64,000 nt of DNA from an uncultured delta proteobacterium. GTDB taxonomy: Bacteria; Myxococcota_A; Polyangia; Fen-1088. The notes under the pieces are model-generated. The model was given only the letters and a program-made list of their open reading frames with translations, did not search any database and was not told the origin of the DNA. The stretch covers positions 608,001 to 672,000 of the forward strand of contig CAWCMR010000008.1 in the NCBI GenBank assembly GCA_963796685.1, read 5' to 3'. Below, one piece after another: positions 1 to 13,619 of this stretch. A program made the translations under genes and the position numbers. Positions within the stretch are counted from its first letter, which is position 1; each line of letters starts with the position of its first letter.

Positions 1-125
1 GGGGGCGTAGCCGCGAGCGAAGGCAACTCGGGCTCGACCCTCCTCGGCAAGGGCGCCACCGTCGCGCCGGCAATGTTCGCGACGGGCTGGCCGTCCGTGC
101 GACTCTTGGAGGGCGCGCGAGCCAT
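1..125 (-). CDS. Probable ATP-dependent DNA ligase (LigD/LigC-type ligase domain), N-terminal fragment running off the window
   Basis: ATG at 125, just downstream of the ligD stop. Reads MARAPSKSRTDGQPVANIAGATVAPLPRRVEPELPSLAATP, resembling the 'PLP..V.P.LA.L' lead-in of NHEJ ligase domains. Only ~41 codons visible. Confidence 0.45.
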   Translation of the reverse strand, partial: MARAPSKSRTDGQPVANIAGATVAPLPRRVEPELPSLAATP

Positions 126-135
126 GGTCGACGTC

Positions 136-2306
136 TCACCCGCCCCCGCGCTCGAGAGCGGCGCGCGCGGCCTTGATCTTGGCCGCGGTCAGCTTCTGGC
201 GGACTTTTCCGTAGCTCGCCCACGCATCCGGCTCCAGATACCAGCGGTCCACATCGCCGACATGAAATGCGTCGTTGCGGGTTGCGAATCCCAGGTCATC
301 CCATGCCACCGGCACCGAGACCGTCGCGGCCGGATGCGCGCGCGACGAATAGGCGCTGACCGAGGTCGCGCCCCGGCGATTGCGAAGGTAGTCGACGAAG
401 ATCTTGTCGGTGCGCGTGGCCTTGGCCAAGCCCGCGGAAAAGCGCGCAGGCTCGTAGCGCGCCAGCGCCTGGGCCATGACCCGCGAAAACTCGAGCGTGT
501 CCTCCCAGGTCGCGGCAGGGGTCAGGGGAACGACCACGTGCAAACCCTTGCCGCCGGTGGTCTTGACGAAGCTCGAAAGCTCGAGCGTTTCGAGCACGTC
601 GCGCACGCGTTTGGCGCCGTCGACGATGTCCGACCACGGAACCTCCGGTCCGGGATCCAGATCGAAGACGATCCGGTCGGGCCGCTCGAGGTCGCGGGTG
701 CGGGAGCTCCAGGGTGGATCTCGAGGACGTTCATCTGCGCCAGGGCGACGAGGCCGCGCAGATCGTCGACGATCATGGCGGTGCCTGCGCCGGTGCCGCC
801 CACGACCTCGAATTGCCTGAGCTCGGGCGGCGCCCAATCGCCCGCGTGACGGACGAAGAAGCGATGGCCGCCCATGCCATTCGGGGCGCGCACAAGGGTC
901 AAGGGTCGATCCACGAGGTGGGGCAGCATGCGCTCCCCGATGCGCTCGTAGAAGCGCGCGAGGTCGAGCTTGGTGATGCCGCCGTCGGGATAGAGCACCC
1001 GCCCGGGGTGGGTCAACTTCACGCCTGCGACACGCAAAGGGTTGACCACGGAGCCCGCGCGCCCACGCTCCACGCGCGCGATAGCCGTTGCGGCGGGCGC
1101 CGAGCGCTTGCTTCCGGGGGCCGGCGGGCAGCGAACGATTCGCCAGGCCGATGCAGGCGGGGGATAGCGGCTGTCGACCTTCTTCGAGACGATCCCCGTC
1201 GCGCCGAGGGAGCCGGCCTGGGCGAAGATCTCGGGTCCCCGACCGCGGACGTGGTCCGCCAGGCGAAGCGCGGGCCCGGCATGAGAAACCAGGGAAGCCA
1301 AGCGCGCTTTGCGTTCGCCAAGGGGGACCCGGGACAGATCGTATCCATCGAGGTATGGCAGATCGATGGCGTACAGCGTGTCGGCCGGGGCATCCGCGCG
1401 CGCATGCCCGTCCGGCCCCAACGCCGTGGCGATGCCGTCTATGCAAGCCTGGCTCACCGGTATTGACCGAATCGCGCCCACCACGCCCGCCAGCGCGGCC
1501 GTGCGATCGCTTCCGTCGGGGCCGAGCAGTTGAATGCGTCCCCCGTCCACGCGGGCCACGACGCGTTCACCCACGATCTCGATCTCGTGCAGCCAGCCGT
1601 CCCCCGCGGGCACCGTGCGCGCGAGCCTGGGTCGAGTCAGACGGAGCCGTTCCGGCATGGGCGCCGCACGGGCACCGGCCAGGGTGCCGGCGTCGCTGCG
1701 CCCGCGATTCGAATGCCAGACCCGGTCAGAGGCCGCCGCGATGGCGTCCAGATCGCGCCCCGTCACCACGCTCTCGGGGCGAGCCACGGTCACGCTCCAT
1801 TCGGCCTCGGGGCGCGCGTGCTCGTCGCGATCCTTGACCAGGAGCCAACTCCGACCCGCGCTGTCGCCCGCCCGCCCGCGTCCTTTCATCTTGACCAGGG
1901 CCCAGCGTCCGCGCAGCTTCTCGCCCAGAAGCTCGAACTTGAGGTGGCCGCTGGCCAGGCCCGCCGCCGGATCGAAGAGCGGTTTCCATGTCCCCTTGTC
2001 CCACAACAGCACCGTGCCACCGCCGTATTGACCGGCGGGGATGACGCCCTCGAATCCGCCGTAGTCGATGGGATGGTCCTCCACCGCGACCGCCAACCGC
2101 TTGGCCGCGGGATCGAAGCTCGGCCCCTTGGGGATGGACCAGCTCTTGAGAACGCCGTCGAGCTCGAGGCGGAAATCGTAGTGCAATTGGCGCGCGGCGT
2201 GCTTTTGCACCACGAAGCTCCGGCCCGTCGGCGTCGCGCCCACGCGGGCCGGGGGCTCGGCCGTGACCGTGAAGTCGCGCTTGCGCTTGTACTCGTCGAG
2301 GGCCAT
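136..2306 (-). CDS. ligD: NHEJ DNA ligase D (3'-phosphoesterase + degenerate ligase + polymerase domains), frameshifted at ~711
   Basis: PE motifs FVVQKHAARQLHYDFRLE and GGGTVLLWDKG. POL motifs PDRIVFDLDPG, KTTGGKGLHV, IFVDYLRN. ORFs 522..2366 and 136..1446 join at EIHP|WSS with one missing base. Confidence 0.9.
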
Positions 2307-2370
2307 CGATTCAGCAACCGCTCCTGCTCGCGACGTGAAAACACGCGGCTTTCGTGTCAGAAACAATCCC

Positions 2371-3078
2371 GTGAAGACCTGGATCGGAACCAGCGGCTTC
2401 AGCTACCCCGCCTGGCGGGGCAGCTTCTACCCGGCGAAGATGGCGTCGGCGAAGATGCTGGCGTATTACGCCGAGCGGTTGACCACGGTCGAGATCAACA
2501 ACACGTTCTATCGCATGCCCAAGGCCGAGATGCTGGCCGCGTGGGCCGCGACCACGCCGGCCGCGTTCCGCTTCGCGCCCAAGGCACCGCAGCTCATCAC
2601 GCACCGGCAGAAACTGGCGGGGTCCGCCGACTCCGTCGCCTACTTCTTGAAGGCGCTCGCGTCGTTCGGCGAGAAGCTGGGGCCCATCCTCTTTCAGCTG
2701 CCGCCCTTCCTGCGCAAGGATGTCCCGCGCCTGGTGGATTTCCTCGCGCTCTTGCCCCGCGAGACCCGCGCCGCCTTCGAGTTTCGCCACACCTCTTGGT
2801 TCGACGAGGCCGTCTACGAGGCCCTGCGCGCGCACGGCGCGGCCATGTGCGTGGCCGACGCCGAGGATCTGGCCACGCCGCTGGTTTCCACCGCGTCCTG
2901 GGGCTACTTGCGCCTGCGCCGCACCGACTACGACGACGCCGCGCTTGCCGCGTGGGCCAAGAAGCTCGCGGGGCTGGGGGCCGCCTGGTCCGACGCGTTC
3001 GTCTACTTCAAGCACGAGGACGCGGGCCTCGGCCCCAAGCTCGCCGCGCTGTTCGTGGAAAAACTTGCCCAAGGCTGA
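2371..3078 (+). CDS. DUF72 (YecE-like) protein
   Basis: IGTSGFSY, VEINNTFY, GPILFQLPP, AFEFRH, YLRLR motifs. GTG start at 2371. Confidence 0.88.
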   Translation: MKTWIGTSGFSYPAWRGSFYPAKMASAKMLAYYAERLTTVEINNTFYRMPKAEMLAAWAATTPAAFRFAPKAPQLITHRQKLAGSADSVAYFLKALASFGEKLGPILFQLPPFLRKDVPRLVDFLALLPRETRAAFEFRHTSWFDEAVYEALRAHGAAMCVADAEDLATPLVSTASWGYLRLRRTDYDDAALAAWAKKLAGLGAAWSDAFVYFKHEDAGLGPKLAALFVEKLAQG

Positions 3079-3204
3079 TTGGATGTCGCCCGAGCGTTGA
3101 CGTCACGAGTTGCGAAGGCCGCCTAACACAGCGCGCCTCTGCCATAGAGGACCAAAACCGTCTTTTTTTGGCATTGGCGGCCTTTCGGGATCAGAATTTG
3201 CTGC

Positions 3205-4161
3205 ATGGCGCGCGCAATCTCGACCGGGACGATTTCCTTCGGGCTGGTGTCGATTCCAGTCAAGCTCTACTCGGCCACCCAATCCTCGGCAGGGGTTTCC
3301 TTCAACCTGCTGCATGGCAAGTGCGGCTCGCGGCTCAAGCAGCAGTACGTTTGCCCCGTGGACAACGAGGTCGTCTCGCGCGACGAGATGGTCAAGGGCT
3401 ACGAGTTCGCGAAGGATCAGTACGTCACCTTCACCCCCGAGGAGCTGAAGGCACTGGAAGAGAAGGCGACGCAGTCCATCGAGATTGCCCAATTCGTCCC
3501 GCGCGAAAGCGTCGATCCCCTGTACTACGAAAAAGCCTACTACCTAGGTCCCGAGAAGGGCGGGGAAAAGGCGTACCGCCTGCTCGGCACGGTGATGCGC
3601 GATGCGAACCGCGCCGCCGTGGCCCGCTATGCGGCGCGGGGCAAGCAGTACATCGTCATGCTTCGTGTCTCGGACAACGCCCAGGGCGGGATCGGCATCA
3701 TCATGCAGACGTTGTTGTACGCCGATGAGGTTCGCCCCTTCTCCGAGGTTCCCATTCCCGATGCCGAGGTGAAGGAATCCGAGGTCAAGCTCGCCAAGCA
3801 GCTCGTCGATCAGATCGGCTCGGAGACGTTCAACCCCGCGGACTACGAGGACGATGTCCGCAAACGGATCCAGGCCGACATCGAGCGCAAGGTCGCGGGC
3901 AAGGAGATTGCCACGGCGCCGACCGCGCCCGAGACCGGACGGGTGATCGATTTGATGGAGGCCTTGAAGGCGAGCCTGGGCGAAGGCCGCCCGGCCGCCA
4001 AGACGCCAAGTGATGTGGCGGCCGCGCCCATTGCCAGCCTGGCGAAGGCAGCGGAGGCGGAGGGCGTTCTCGAGCGCAAGCCCGCCCGGCGCGCCAATGC
4101 GACGGAGGATGCCGTGTCGGGTACCAAGGCCGAGGCACGGAAGCGGGCGAGCAAACGGTGA
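3205..4161 (+). CDS. ku: NHEJ DNA-end-binding protein Ku
   Basis: MARAISTGTISFGLVSIPVKLY, VKGYE and VIDLMEALKASL motifs with a basic C-terminal tail. Confidence 0.95.
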   Translation: MARAISTGTISFGLVSIPVKLYSATQSSAGVSFNLLHGKCGSRLKQQYVCPVDNEVVSRDEMVKGYEFAKDQYVTFTPEELKALEEKATQSIEIAQFVPRESVDPLYYEKAYYLGPEKGGEKAYRLLGTVMRDANRAAVARYAARGKQYIVMLRVSDNAQGGIGIIMQTLLYADEVRPFSEVPIPDAEVKESEVKLAKQLVDQIGSETFNPADYEDDVRKRIQADIERKVAGKEIATAPTAPETGRVIDLMEALKASLGEGRPAAKTPSDVAAAPIASLAKAAEAEGVLERKPARRANATEDAVSGTKAEARKRASKR

Positions 4162-4197
4162 TCTACCTTTGGCCCCTCACCTTGATCTTTCGGTGCT

Positions 4198-6354
<2,157 letters not shown>

Positions 6355-6527
6355 GGCGACGTCCGGCTTCCGAGTGTACCCCGACCTTAGCCGCGCCGCC
6401 GAGAGGAAGCGCCGCCCAGCGGCCACGACCGCGACACGACCTTCTGCGGCTATGGCGGGATGGTGGCCGGATTTCCGCCGGATTTCCGCCGTGGCGCTGC
6501 AGGGTCTCTGTTGGGTATCATGTCCGG

Positions 6528-7595
6528 ATGAAGATCCGCGGCTTCTCTCGACGGCAGAACGATCCCCTGCGGAACCTTTGCGCGCTTGCGGTCGGCCTTC
6601 TCGCCTCGCTTGCGTTCGCGACGGTCGTGCAGGCCACCACCGTCGAATACCTCTCGCAGCATCCGGTGCCGCACAAGTACGGGGGCGGCTTCTGCTACAT
6701 CGAGGTTCCCCACGTGCACAACTATCCGCCCGACGATCCGCGCATGTACCGACAGAGCAACGGCCAGCTCTACTTCGTCGGGGATCCGGCCCCCTTCGGC
6801 TACGATGGCCCACGCTACACGTACTACGGTGCCCATCCCGTGGTCGATGCCGAGGTTCGATTCGGTCAGCCGGTCTATTGCTACATCAAGGGTCCCCACT
6901 ACCACTGGTACCAACCGCCGCCGCAAGCCCAGTTCCAACTCTCGGGGGGGGCCTTCTGGTACGTCGGCAGCTTTCCGCCCGCCTACTACGACGACCGGCC
7001 CCGCTACGCGGCGATCAACGAGGCCTACGCCCCCATGCCTTACGCACGCCCCGTGGTCGACGTTCAGGTCGCGCCCCCATCGGTGCGCGCGGAGATCTCC
7101 ATCGGTGGCCCGGGCTGGCGAGCCAGGGCCGTGATGGGTGGACCGCCCGCGCCGGTCTATGTGGCGCCGCCTCCCCCGCCCCCACCCGGCCCCGCCTTCC
7201 AGATCGGCGTGGGCATCAACCTGGGTGGGCCAACCATGGTCGGCGGACCCATGATCGAACCCCGCGAGATCGTCGAGGACCGGCGCTACCACGACCACGG
7301 ACGGCACGAGGGCTGGCGAGAGCCGCCGCGTTTCCGCGGGCACGGTCGCCCGGCGCCGGCCCGCTATGCCCCGGTCCGCGCCCCGGTCACCGCGCCCCTG
7401 TTCCACCGCGCAGAGCCGCGGCGGCCTGGTCCAAGCCCTCGCTTTGCACCGGCACCCGCGCCAATGCGCGGCCCAGCCCCGAATCAACCCATGCGCGGCC
7501 CCTCCGCGACCCAGCCAGGCCACGCCATGGGACCGCCCACGCGCGGTCCAGCACCGTCGGCACCGGCCAAACGCGACGACCACCGGCATCGCTGA
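6528..7595 (+). CDS. Hypothetical exported protein, Tyr/His-rich N-domain with Pro-rich tail
   Basis: Hydrophobic signal-like segment, YYGAHP/HYHWY motifs, Pro/Arg-rich C-terminus. First gene of a 3-gene run. Confidence 0.7.
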   Translation: MKIRGFSRRQNDPLRNLCALAVGLLASLAFATVVQATTVEYLSQHPVPHKYGGGFCYIEVPHVHNYPPDDPRMYRQSNGQLYFVGDPAPFGYDGPRYTYYGAHPVVDAEVRFGQPVYCYIKGPHYHWYQPPPQAQFQLSGGAFWYVGSFPPAYYDDRPRYAAINEAYAPMPYARPVVDVQVAPPSVRAEISIGGPGWRARAVMGGPPAPVYVAPPPPPPPGPAFQIGVGINLGGPTMVGGPMIEPREIVEDRRYHDHGRHEGWREPPRFRGHGRPAPARYAPVRAPVTAPLFHRAEPRRPGPSPRFAPAPAPMRGPAPNQPMRGPSATQPGHAMGPPTRGPAPSAPAKRDDHRHR

Positions 7596-7610
7596 GGAAA
7601 GGCCAGACCC

Positions 7611-8051
7611 ATGCGACGATCGCAGTCCCTTCTCTCCGTCCTCTTCCTCGTTGCCGCGATTCCCGCGTGCAGCAAGCACAAGGCTTCCGCGTCGGCGCCG
7701 CCGGCTGCCCACGTACAAGGCACGCCACACACCGACGAGGTCCTGAATGCCTGGCGCAACGCCGGCTTGGCCCCCGAGGGCTTCGCGCGCGTCGACCCCG
7801 CGCCGGACAGCGCCGCCTACTGCGAGCACGGCCAGGTCCGCGGCGTCGACACCCTGGTGTGCGAGTACGCCAGCGAGGAAGCGCTGACCCGCGGAACCCA
7901 ACAGGTGAAGGAAGTTTGGGCGCGCGTGGATGCACACACGGGCGCGATCCTGCGCGCGAAACGCACGACCATGGTGGTGGTGGATCGCGAACGCCGCGAG
8001 CCGAGCGGCAAGACCATCAACCAGATGGCCAAGGTCTTCGAGAAACTCTAG
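7611..8051 (+). CDS. Hypothetical lipoprotein
   Basis: Lipobox-like AIPAC after a hydrophobic signal; operonic spacing. Confidence 0.7.
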   Translation: MRRSQSLLSVLFLVAAIPACSKHKASASAPPAAHVQGTPHTDEVLNAWRNAGLAPEGFARVDPAPDSAAYCEHGQVRGVDTLVCEYASEEALTRGTQQVKEVWARVDAHTGAILRAKRTTMVVVDRERREPSGKTINQMAKVFEKL

Positions 8052-8064
8052 CGGCGAACAATCC

Positions 8065-8754
8065 ATGGATCATTTCGTTCTCGCACTCGCCGCCCTGCTG
8101 GCGGCGAACCATGAAAATGTCACCGCCGAGCCGCGTATCGAAGTGTGGGCCGGCCATCAGGTCCTCACCGGAAAGCGCAAGATCCCGCTTTACGGCGAGA
8201 AGGAGACCCACACCGAGAACTACGTCATCGCGGAGGTGATTCGAACGCCGTCGCGCATCGACATCCGGCAGAAGCTGTGCCGCATCGACGTTCGCCCCAT
8301 CAAGGGCGTGCTGGCGAGCATGAAGCCGGAGACTGTAGCCCACATGCCGAGCACGCGCATCACGTTCGATGAGAGCCCGGACGGGGCGCTGGCCGCCACG
8401 CCGTGGTCCAGCGGCTGGGGCGCCGAGGATATCGACCTCGATGGCAAGCCCGGCGCCACGGTCCAAATTTCCGGTACGAGCTGCTCGGGCGACGTCTACG
8501 TCTCCAACCAGTCCGTGACGACCTTGCTTTCCGGCCACGCCACCGACGATGGCGCCGCGGGCGAAATCGCCGTGAAGCTCAAGCAGAAGATTCTCGGCGC
8601 CAGTGGGCTGTGCCTGAAGCTCCTCGCCGGCGACAGCGACGAAACCCAAACCGGCTGGTTCGCCTACCGCCGCGTCGAGCCTGGCACGACCTGCCATTCC
8701 CTGGCCGGCAAGCCCTGGCCGGCAAAGGCGGGACCACCATCAGCTTCCCACTGA
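8065..8754 (+). CDS. Hypothetical exported protein
   Basis: ATG at 8065 (MDHFVLALAALLAA), several Cys, codon usage like the host genes. Confidence 0.65.
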   Translation: MDHFVLALAALLAANHENVTAEPRIEVWAGHQVLTGKRKIPLYGEKETHTENYVIAEVIRTPSRIDIRQKLCRIDVRPIKGVLASMKPETVAHMPSTRITFDESPDGALAATPWSSGWGAEDIDLDGKPGATVQISGTSCSGDVYVSNQSVTTLLSGHATDDGAAGEIAVKLKQKILGASGLCLKLLAGDSDETQTGWFAYRRVEPGTTCHSLAGKPWPAKAGPPSASH

Positions 8755-8763
8755 CCCGGATCT

Positions 8764-8862
8764 TTCACCACAGAGAGCGCGGAGAAACAGAGGCCGGAAA
8801 GAAGGGGTTTCGAACCCATTCTTCTTCTTCCGACCTCTGTGCTCTCTGCGCCTCTGTGGTTA
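8764..8862. repeat. Intergenic palindromic repeat (CACAGAG-nn unit family), copy 1
   Basis: CACCACAGAGAGCGCGGAGAAACAGAG...CTCTGTGCTCTCTGCGCCTCTGTGGT inverted arms between convergent genes. Related copies at ~32830 and ~34095. Confidence 0.75.
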
Positions 8863-8879
8863 GCTCCGTTCGGCCTAGG

Positions 8880-10188
<1,309 letters not shown>

Positions 10189-10389
10189 CTAGCCTGGCCG
10201 CGGGGAAGCGGCCAGGAGAGGTCGCAGAGAAAGAAAGAGGGCGCGGAGCGTGATGGATTGTAACCGGCTCGTTGCCAAGGACGGGTCGTCTGGCGATGCG
10301 CGGCATGCGGGCCGGGACTATTCACCTTTCTTGGTCGTGAATACCTTGACGATGGTGTAGACAGCTACCGTCTCAAAGGAGGTTCGCGA

Positions 10390-11082
10390 ATGATCTACTC
10401 GACAGAAGTCGAACACATGACGTGCGTGGCGAAAGGGCCGAACCACGGTCCCGCGCCCATCCCCGAGGAGGGCCGCTGGGTCCAGGCCAAGGAGATCAAG
10501 GACATCTCCGGTCTCACCCACGGTGTCGGTTGGTGCGCCCCTCAGCAGGGCGCGTGCAAGCTTACCCTGAACGTGAAGGATGGCGTGATTCAGGAAGCCC
10601 TGGTGGAGACCATCGGCTGCTCCGGCATGACCCACAGCGCGGCCATGGCCGCCGAGATCCTCACGGGCAAGACCATTCTCGAAGCCCTCAACACCGATCT
10701 CGTGTGCGACGCCATCAACACGGCCATGCGCGAGCTGTTCCTGCAGATCGTCTACGGCCGCACACAGACGGCATTCTCCGAGGGCGGCCTGCCCATCGGC
10801 GCCGGTCTGGAAGACCTGGGCAAGGGCCTGCGCAGCACCGTGGGCACCATGTACAGCACTGTGGCCAAGGGCGTGCGCTACCTGGAGATGGCCGAAGGCT
10901 ACGTGACCCGCCTCGGGCTCGACGAAGGCGGCGAGGTCATCGGCTACGAATTCGTCCACATGGGCAAGATGATGGAATCCATCAGCAAGGGCGTGGAGGC
11001 CGGGGAAGCCTTGAAGAAGGCCACCTCGAAGTACGGACGCTTCGACGAAGCGGCCAAGACCATCAACCCCCGCCACCAGTAA
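10390..11082 (+). CDS. NifU/IscU-like Fe-S scaffold-family protein
   Basis: Conserved Cys in GWCAPQQGACKL, ETIGCSGMTHS, LVCDAIN. This family is typically paired with GGGtGRT. Confidence 0.8.
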   Translation: MIYSTEVEHMTCVAKGPNHGPAPIPEEGRWVQAKEIKDISGLTHGVGWCAPQQGACKLTLNVKDGVIQEALVETIGCSGMTHSAAMAAEILTGKTILEALNTDLVCDAINTAMRELFLQIVYGRTQTAFSEGGLPIGAGLEDLGKGLRSTVGTMYSTVAKGVRYLEMAEGYVTRLGLDEGGEVIGYEFVHMGKMMESISKGVEAGEALKKATSKYGRFDEAAKTINPRHQ

Positions 11083-11097
11083 CAGGAGACATCGATC

Positions 11098-12096
11098 ATG
11101 GCTCTGTTTGAATCCTACGAACGCAGAATCGGCCAAATCACCCCGGTGCTGGCCAAGTACGGTATCGCCTCCCTCGAAGAGGCGAAGAAGCTCGTCGATG
11201 CCAAGGGTGTCGACCCGTACAACATCGTGAAGGAGATCCAGCCCATCGCCTTCGAGAACGCCTGCTGGGCGTACATTGTCGGCGCGGCCATCGCTCTCAA
11301 GAAAGGCCAGAAGAAGGCCGTGGACATCGCCTGCTCGCTGGGCGAAGGCATGCAGGCCTTCTGCATTCCCGGCTCGGTCGCCGACGATCGCAAGGTGGGC
11401 ATCGGCCACGGCAACCTGGCATCCATGCTGCTCAAGGAAGAAACCAAGTGCTTCGCTTTCTTGGCTGGCCATGAATCCTTCGCCGCCGCCGAGGGCGCCA
11501 TCGGCCTCGCCCGCAGCGCCAACAAGGCCCGCAAGCAGCCCCTGCGCGTGATCCTGAATGGCCTCGGCAAGGACGCGGCCCAGATCATCAGCCGCATCAA
11601 CGGCTTTACCTACGTGCAGACCAAGTTCGACTACGCCACCAGCAAGTTGAACATCGTCAGGGAAATTGCGTACTCGAAGGGCGAAAAGGCCAAGGTGCGC
11701 TGCTACGGCGCCGACGACGTCCGCGAGGGCGTGGCCATCAACCACCACGAGGGCGTGGACGTGTCCATCACCGGCAACTCCACCAACCCGACGCGCTTCC
11801 AGCACCCGGTGGCCGGCACCTACAAGAAGGAATGCCTCGAACAGGGCAAGAAGTACTTCTCGGTGGCCAGCGGCGGCGGCACCGGCCGCACCCTTCACCC
11901 CGACAACATGGCCGCCGGGCCCGCCAGCTACGGCATGACCGACACCATGGGCCGCATGCACAGCGACGCGCAGTTCGCGGGATCCAGCTCGGTGCCCGCG
12001 CACGTCGAGATGATGGGCTTCCTCGGCATGGGCAACAACCCCATGGTCGGAGCCAGTGTGGCGGTTGCCGTCGCGCTGGAGCAGGCGCAGAAGTAG
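11098..12096 (+). CDS. GGGtGRT protein
   Basis: Signature SVASGGGTGRTLHPD; RBS AGGAG upstream. Confidence 0.93.
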   Translation: MALFESYERRIGQITPVLAKYGIASLEEAKKLVDAKGVDPYNIVKEIQPIAFENACWAYIVGAAIALKKGQKKAVDIACSLGEGMQAFCIPGSVADDRKVGIGHGNLASMLLKEETKCFAFLAGHESFAAAEGAIGLARSANKARKQPLRVILNGLGKDAAQIISRINGFTYVQTKFDYATSKLNIVREIAYSKGEKAKVRCYGADDVREGVAINHHEGVDVSITGNSTNPTRFQHPVAGTYKKECLEQGKKYFSVASGGGTGRTLHPDNMAAGPASYGMTDTMGRMHSDAQFAGSSSVPAHVEMMGFLGMGNNPMVGASVAVAVALEQAQK

Positions 12097-12114
12097 ACGC
12101 GACGCAATCTCATC

Positions 12115-12156
12115 AAAGCCGGCGGTTTGCGAAAGCGGGCCGCCGGCTTTGCTTTC
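12115..12156. terminator. Probable bidirectional intrinsic terminator
   Basis: AAAGCCGGCGG...CCGCCGGCTTT hairpin followed by GCTTTC, between convergent genes. Confidence 0.7.
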
Positions 12157-12162
12157 TGGAGC

Positions 12163-12552
12163 CTACCCTGCCGCCGAACCGAACAAGCTATAGAGAAGCG
12201 TTCCCAGCACCAGGGTCGCGATGACAACATAGGTTCTGTCCCGCATCGCCGCGAATCCGCAAATCGAGAGCACGACCCGCGCGACCGGGGTGCCGATAAG
12301 GACCAGGAGCCCGAATTGGATGATCCCGCGTCCATCCAGTGCGAAGGCAGAACGCAGGATCCCACCCAGCGTGCGCAGCTCGGGAGAATCGTCGCGAAAC
12401 ACCCGATAGGATGCGACCGACTGCCCGTGGCGCCACAAGTAGATGGCGGCCCCCACAACCACCACCGCGCTGGAGAGCAGGACGCCCAGCCGGAGCAGGT
12501 TGCCAATCGTGTTCTCGACGCGCTTGTCGAGGGAAGCTGGTGAGGGTTTCAT
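12163..12552 (-). CDS. DUF1634 membrane protein
   Basis: LLRLGVLLS...GLLVLIGTPVARV with 3 TM segments; usual partner of TauE. Confidence 0.85.
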   Translation of the reverse strand: MKPSPASLDKRVENTIGNLLRLGVLLSSAVVVVGAAIYLWRHGQSVASYRVFRDDSPELRTLGGILRSAFALDGRGIIQFGLLVLIGTPVARVVLSICGFAAMRDRTYVVIATLVLGTLLYSLFGSAAG

Positions 12553-12553
12553 C

Positions 12554-13390
12554 TCATCGAATCCCCTGCACGCCCTTGATGATCATCTCGACCCCAAGCG
12601 CCGCGATCACCACGCTGAACAGCAATCGCAGCCACTTGGTCTGGCCGTGGGTCAGGATGCGCGTGCCCACCGCCGAACCTGCCAGCACGCCCAACACCAC
12701 CGGCATGGCCAGACCGGGATCGATGTAGCCGCGGCCAAGGTAGACTCCGGCGCTCGCCGCCGCGGTGACGCCGATCATGAAGTTGCTGGTGGTGGTGGAG
12801 ACCTTGAAGGGAATGCGCATGGCCCGATCCATGGCCAGGACCTTCATGGCTCCGGAGCCTATTCCGAGCAGACCCGATAAGGCGCCGGCCCCCAGCATGA
12901 GAGCAAATCCCAGGGGCACGTGGGTGACGTTGTACGCGCGAAGCCCTCCTGGCTCGGGAAAGCTGCCGTTCATGTGCAGACGCGTGGCAAGGGAATTGGG
13001 CGGCACGTCGCGCTCCGCGCGCGAGCGCGGCTTGCGCGAAAGGTAGGCGGAGCCGAGCAAAACCACGCCGAGGATGAAAGCCAGGGCGTGGATGGGGACG
13101 TGCGCAGCCAGCAGCGCTCCACCCAGGGCGCCAAGCGTGGTGGCCACTTCCAGGAACATCCCGATGCGGATGTTCGAAAACCCCTCCTTGACGTAGGCGG
13201 CCGCGGCTCCTGAAGAAGTGGCGATGACGGCGATCAAGGAGGCTCCCATCGCGTATCGGATGTCCACTTTGAAGAGCAGTGTGAGCAGCGGGATGAGCAC
13301 CACCCCACCCCCAAGTCCGGTGAGCGCGCCCAGTAGGCCGGCCGTGACCGAGCCGGCAAAGATCGCGACGGTGAATTCCCAGATGATCAT
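12554..13390 (-). CDS. Sulfite exporter TauE/SafE family protein
   Basis: GALTGLGGG, SGLLGIGSG, STTTSNFMIG motifs; multi-TM. Confidence 0.9.
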   Translation of the reverse strand: MIIWEFTVAIFAGSVTAGLLGALTGLGGGVVLIPLLTLLFKVDIRYAMGASLIAVIATSSGAAAAYVKEGFSNIRIGMFLEVATTLGALGGALLAAHVPIHALAFILGVVLLGSAYLSRKPRSRAERDVPPNSLATRLHMNGSFPEPGGLRAYNVTHVPLGFALMLGAGALSGLLGIGSGAMKVLAMDRAMRIPFKVSTTTSNFMIGVTAAASAGVYLGRGYIDPGLAMPVVLGVLAGSAVGTRILTHGQTKWLRLLFSVVIAALGVEMIIKGVQGIR

Positions 13391-13619
13391 TGTCTTCGGG
13401 TCGAGAGACGATGGCGCACTTTCTCACATCGCAACCTCGATCAAAACACACTGTCCCGCCATTCTGGTGGATGTCAACCATGCCGGCAAACGACACGCGC
13501 GCGACGCGTCCTGCACAACCGGCGCCAAACCGCCTACCGGCACGAGCTCCACATCGGCTGTCAGCGGAGCCTAGCCTCCTGTTACCCGGGCATTCGCGCC
13601 GCACCTCGAAAACTCACAC

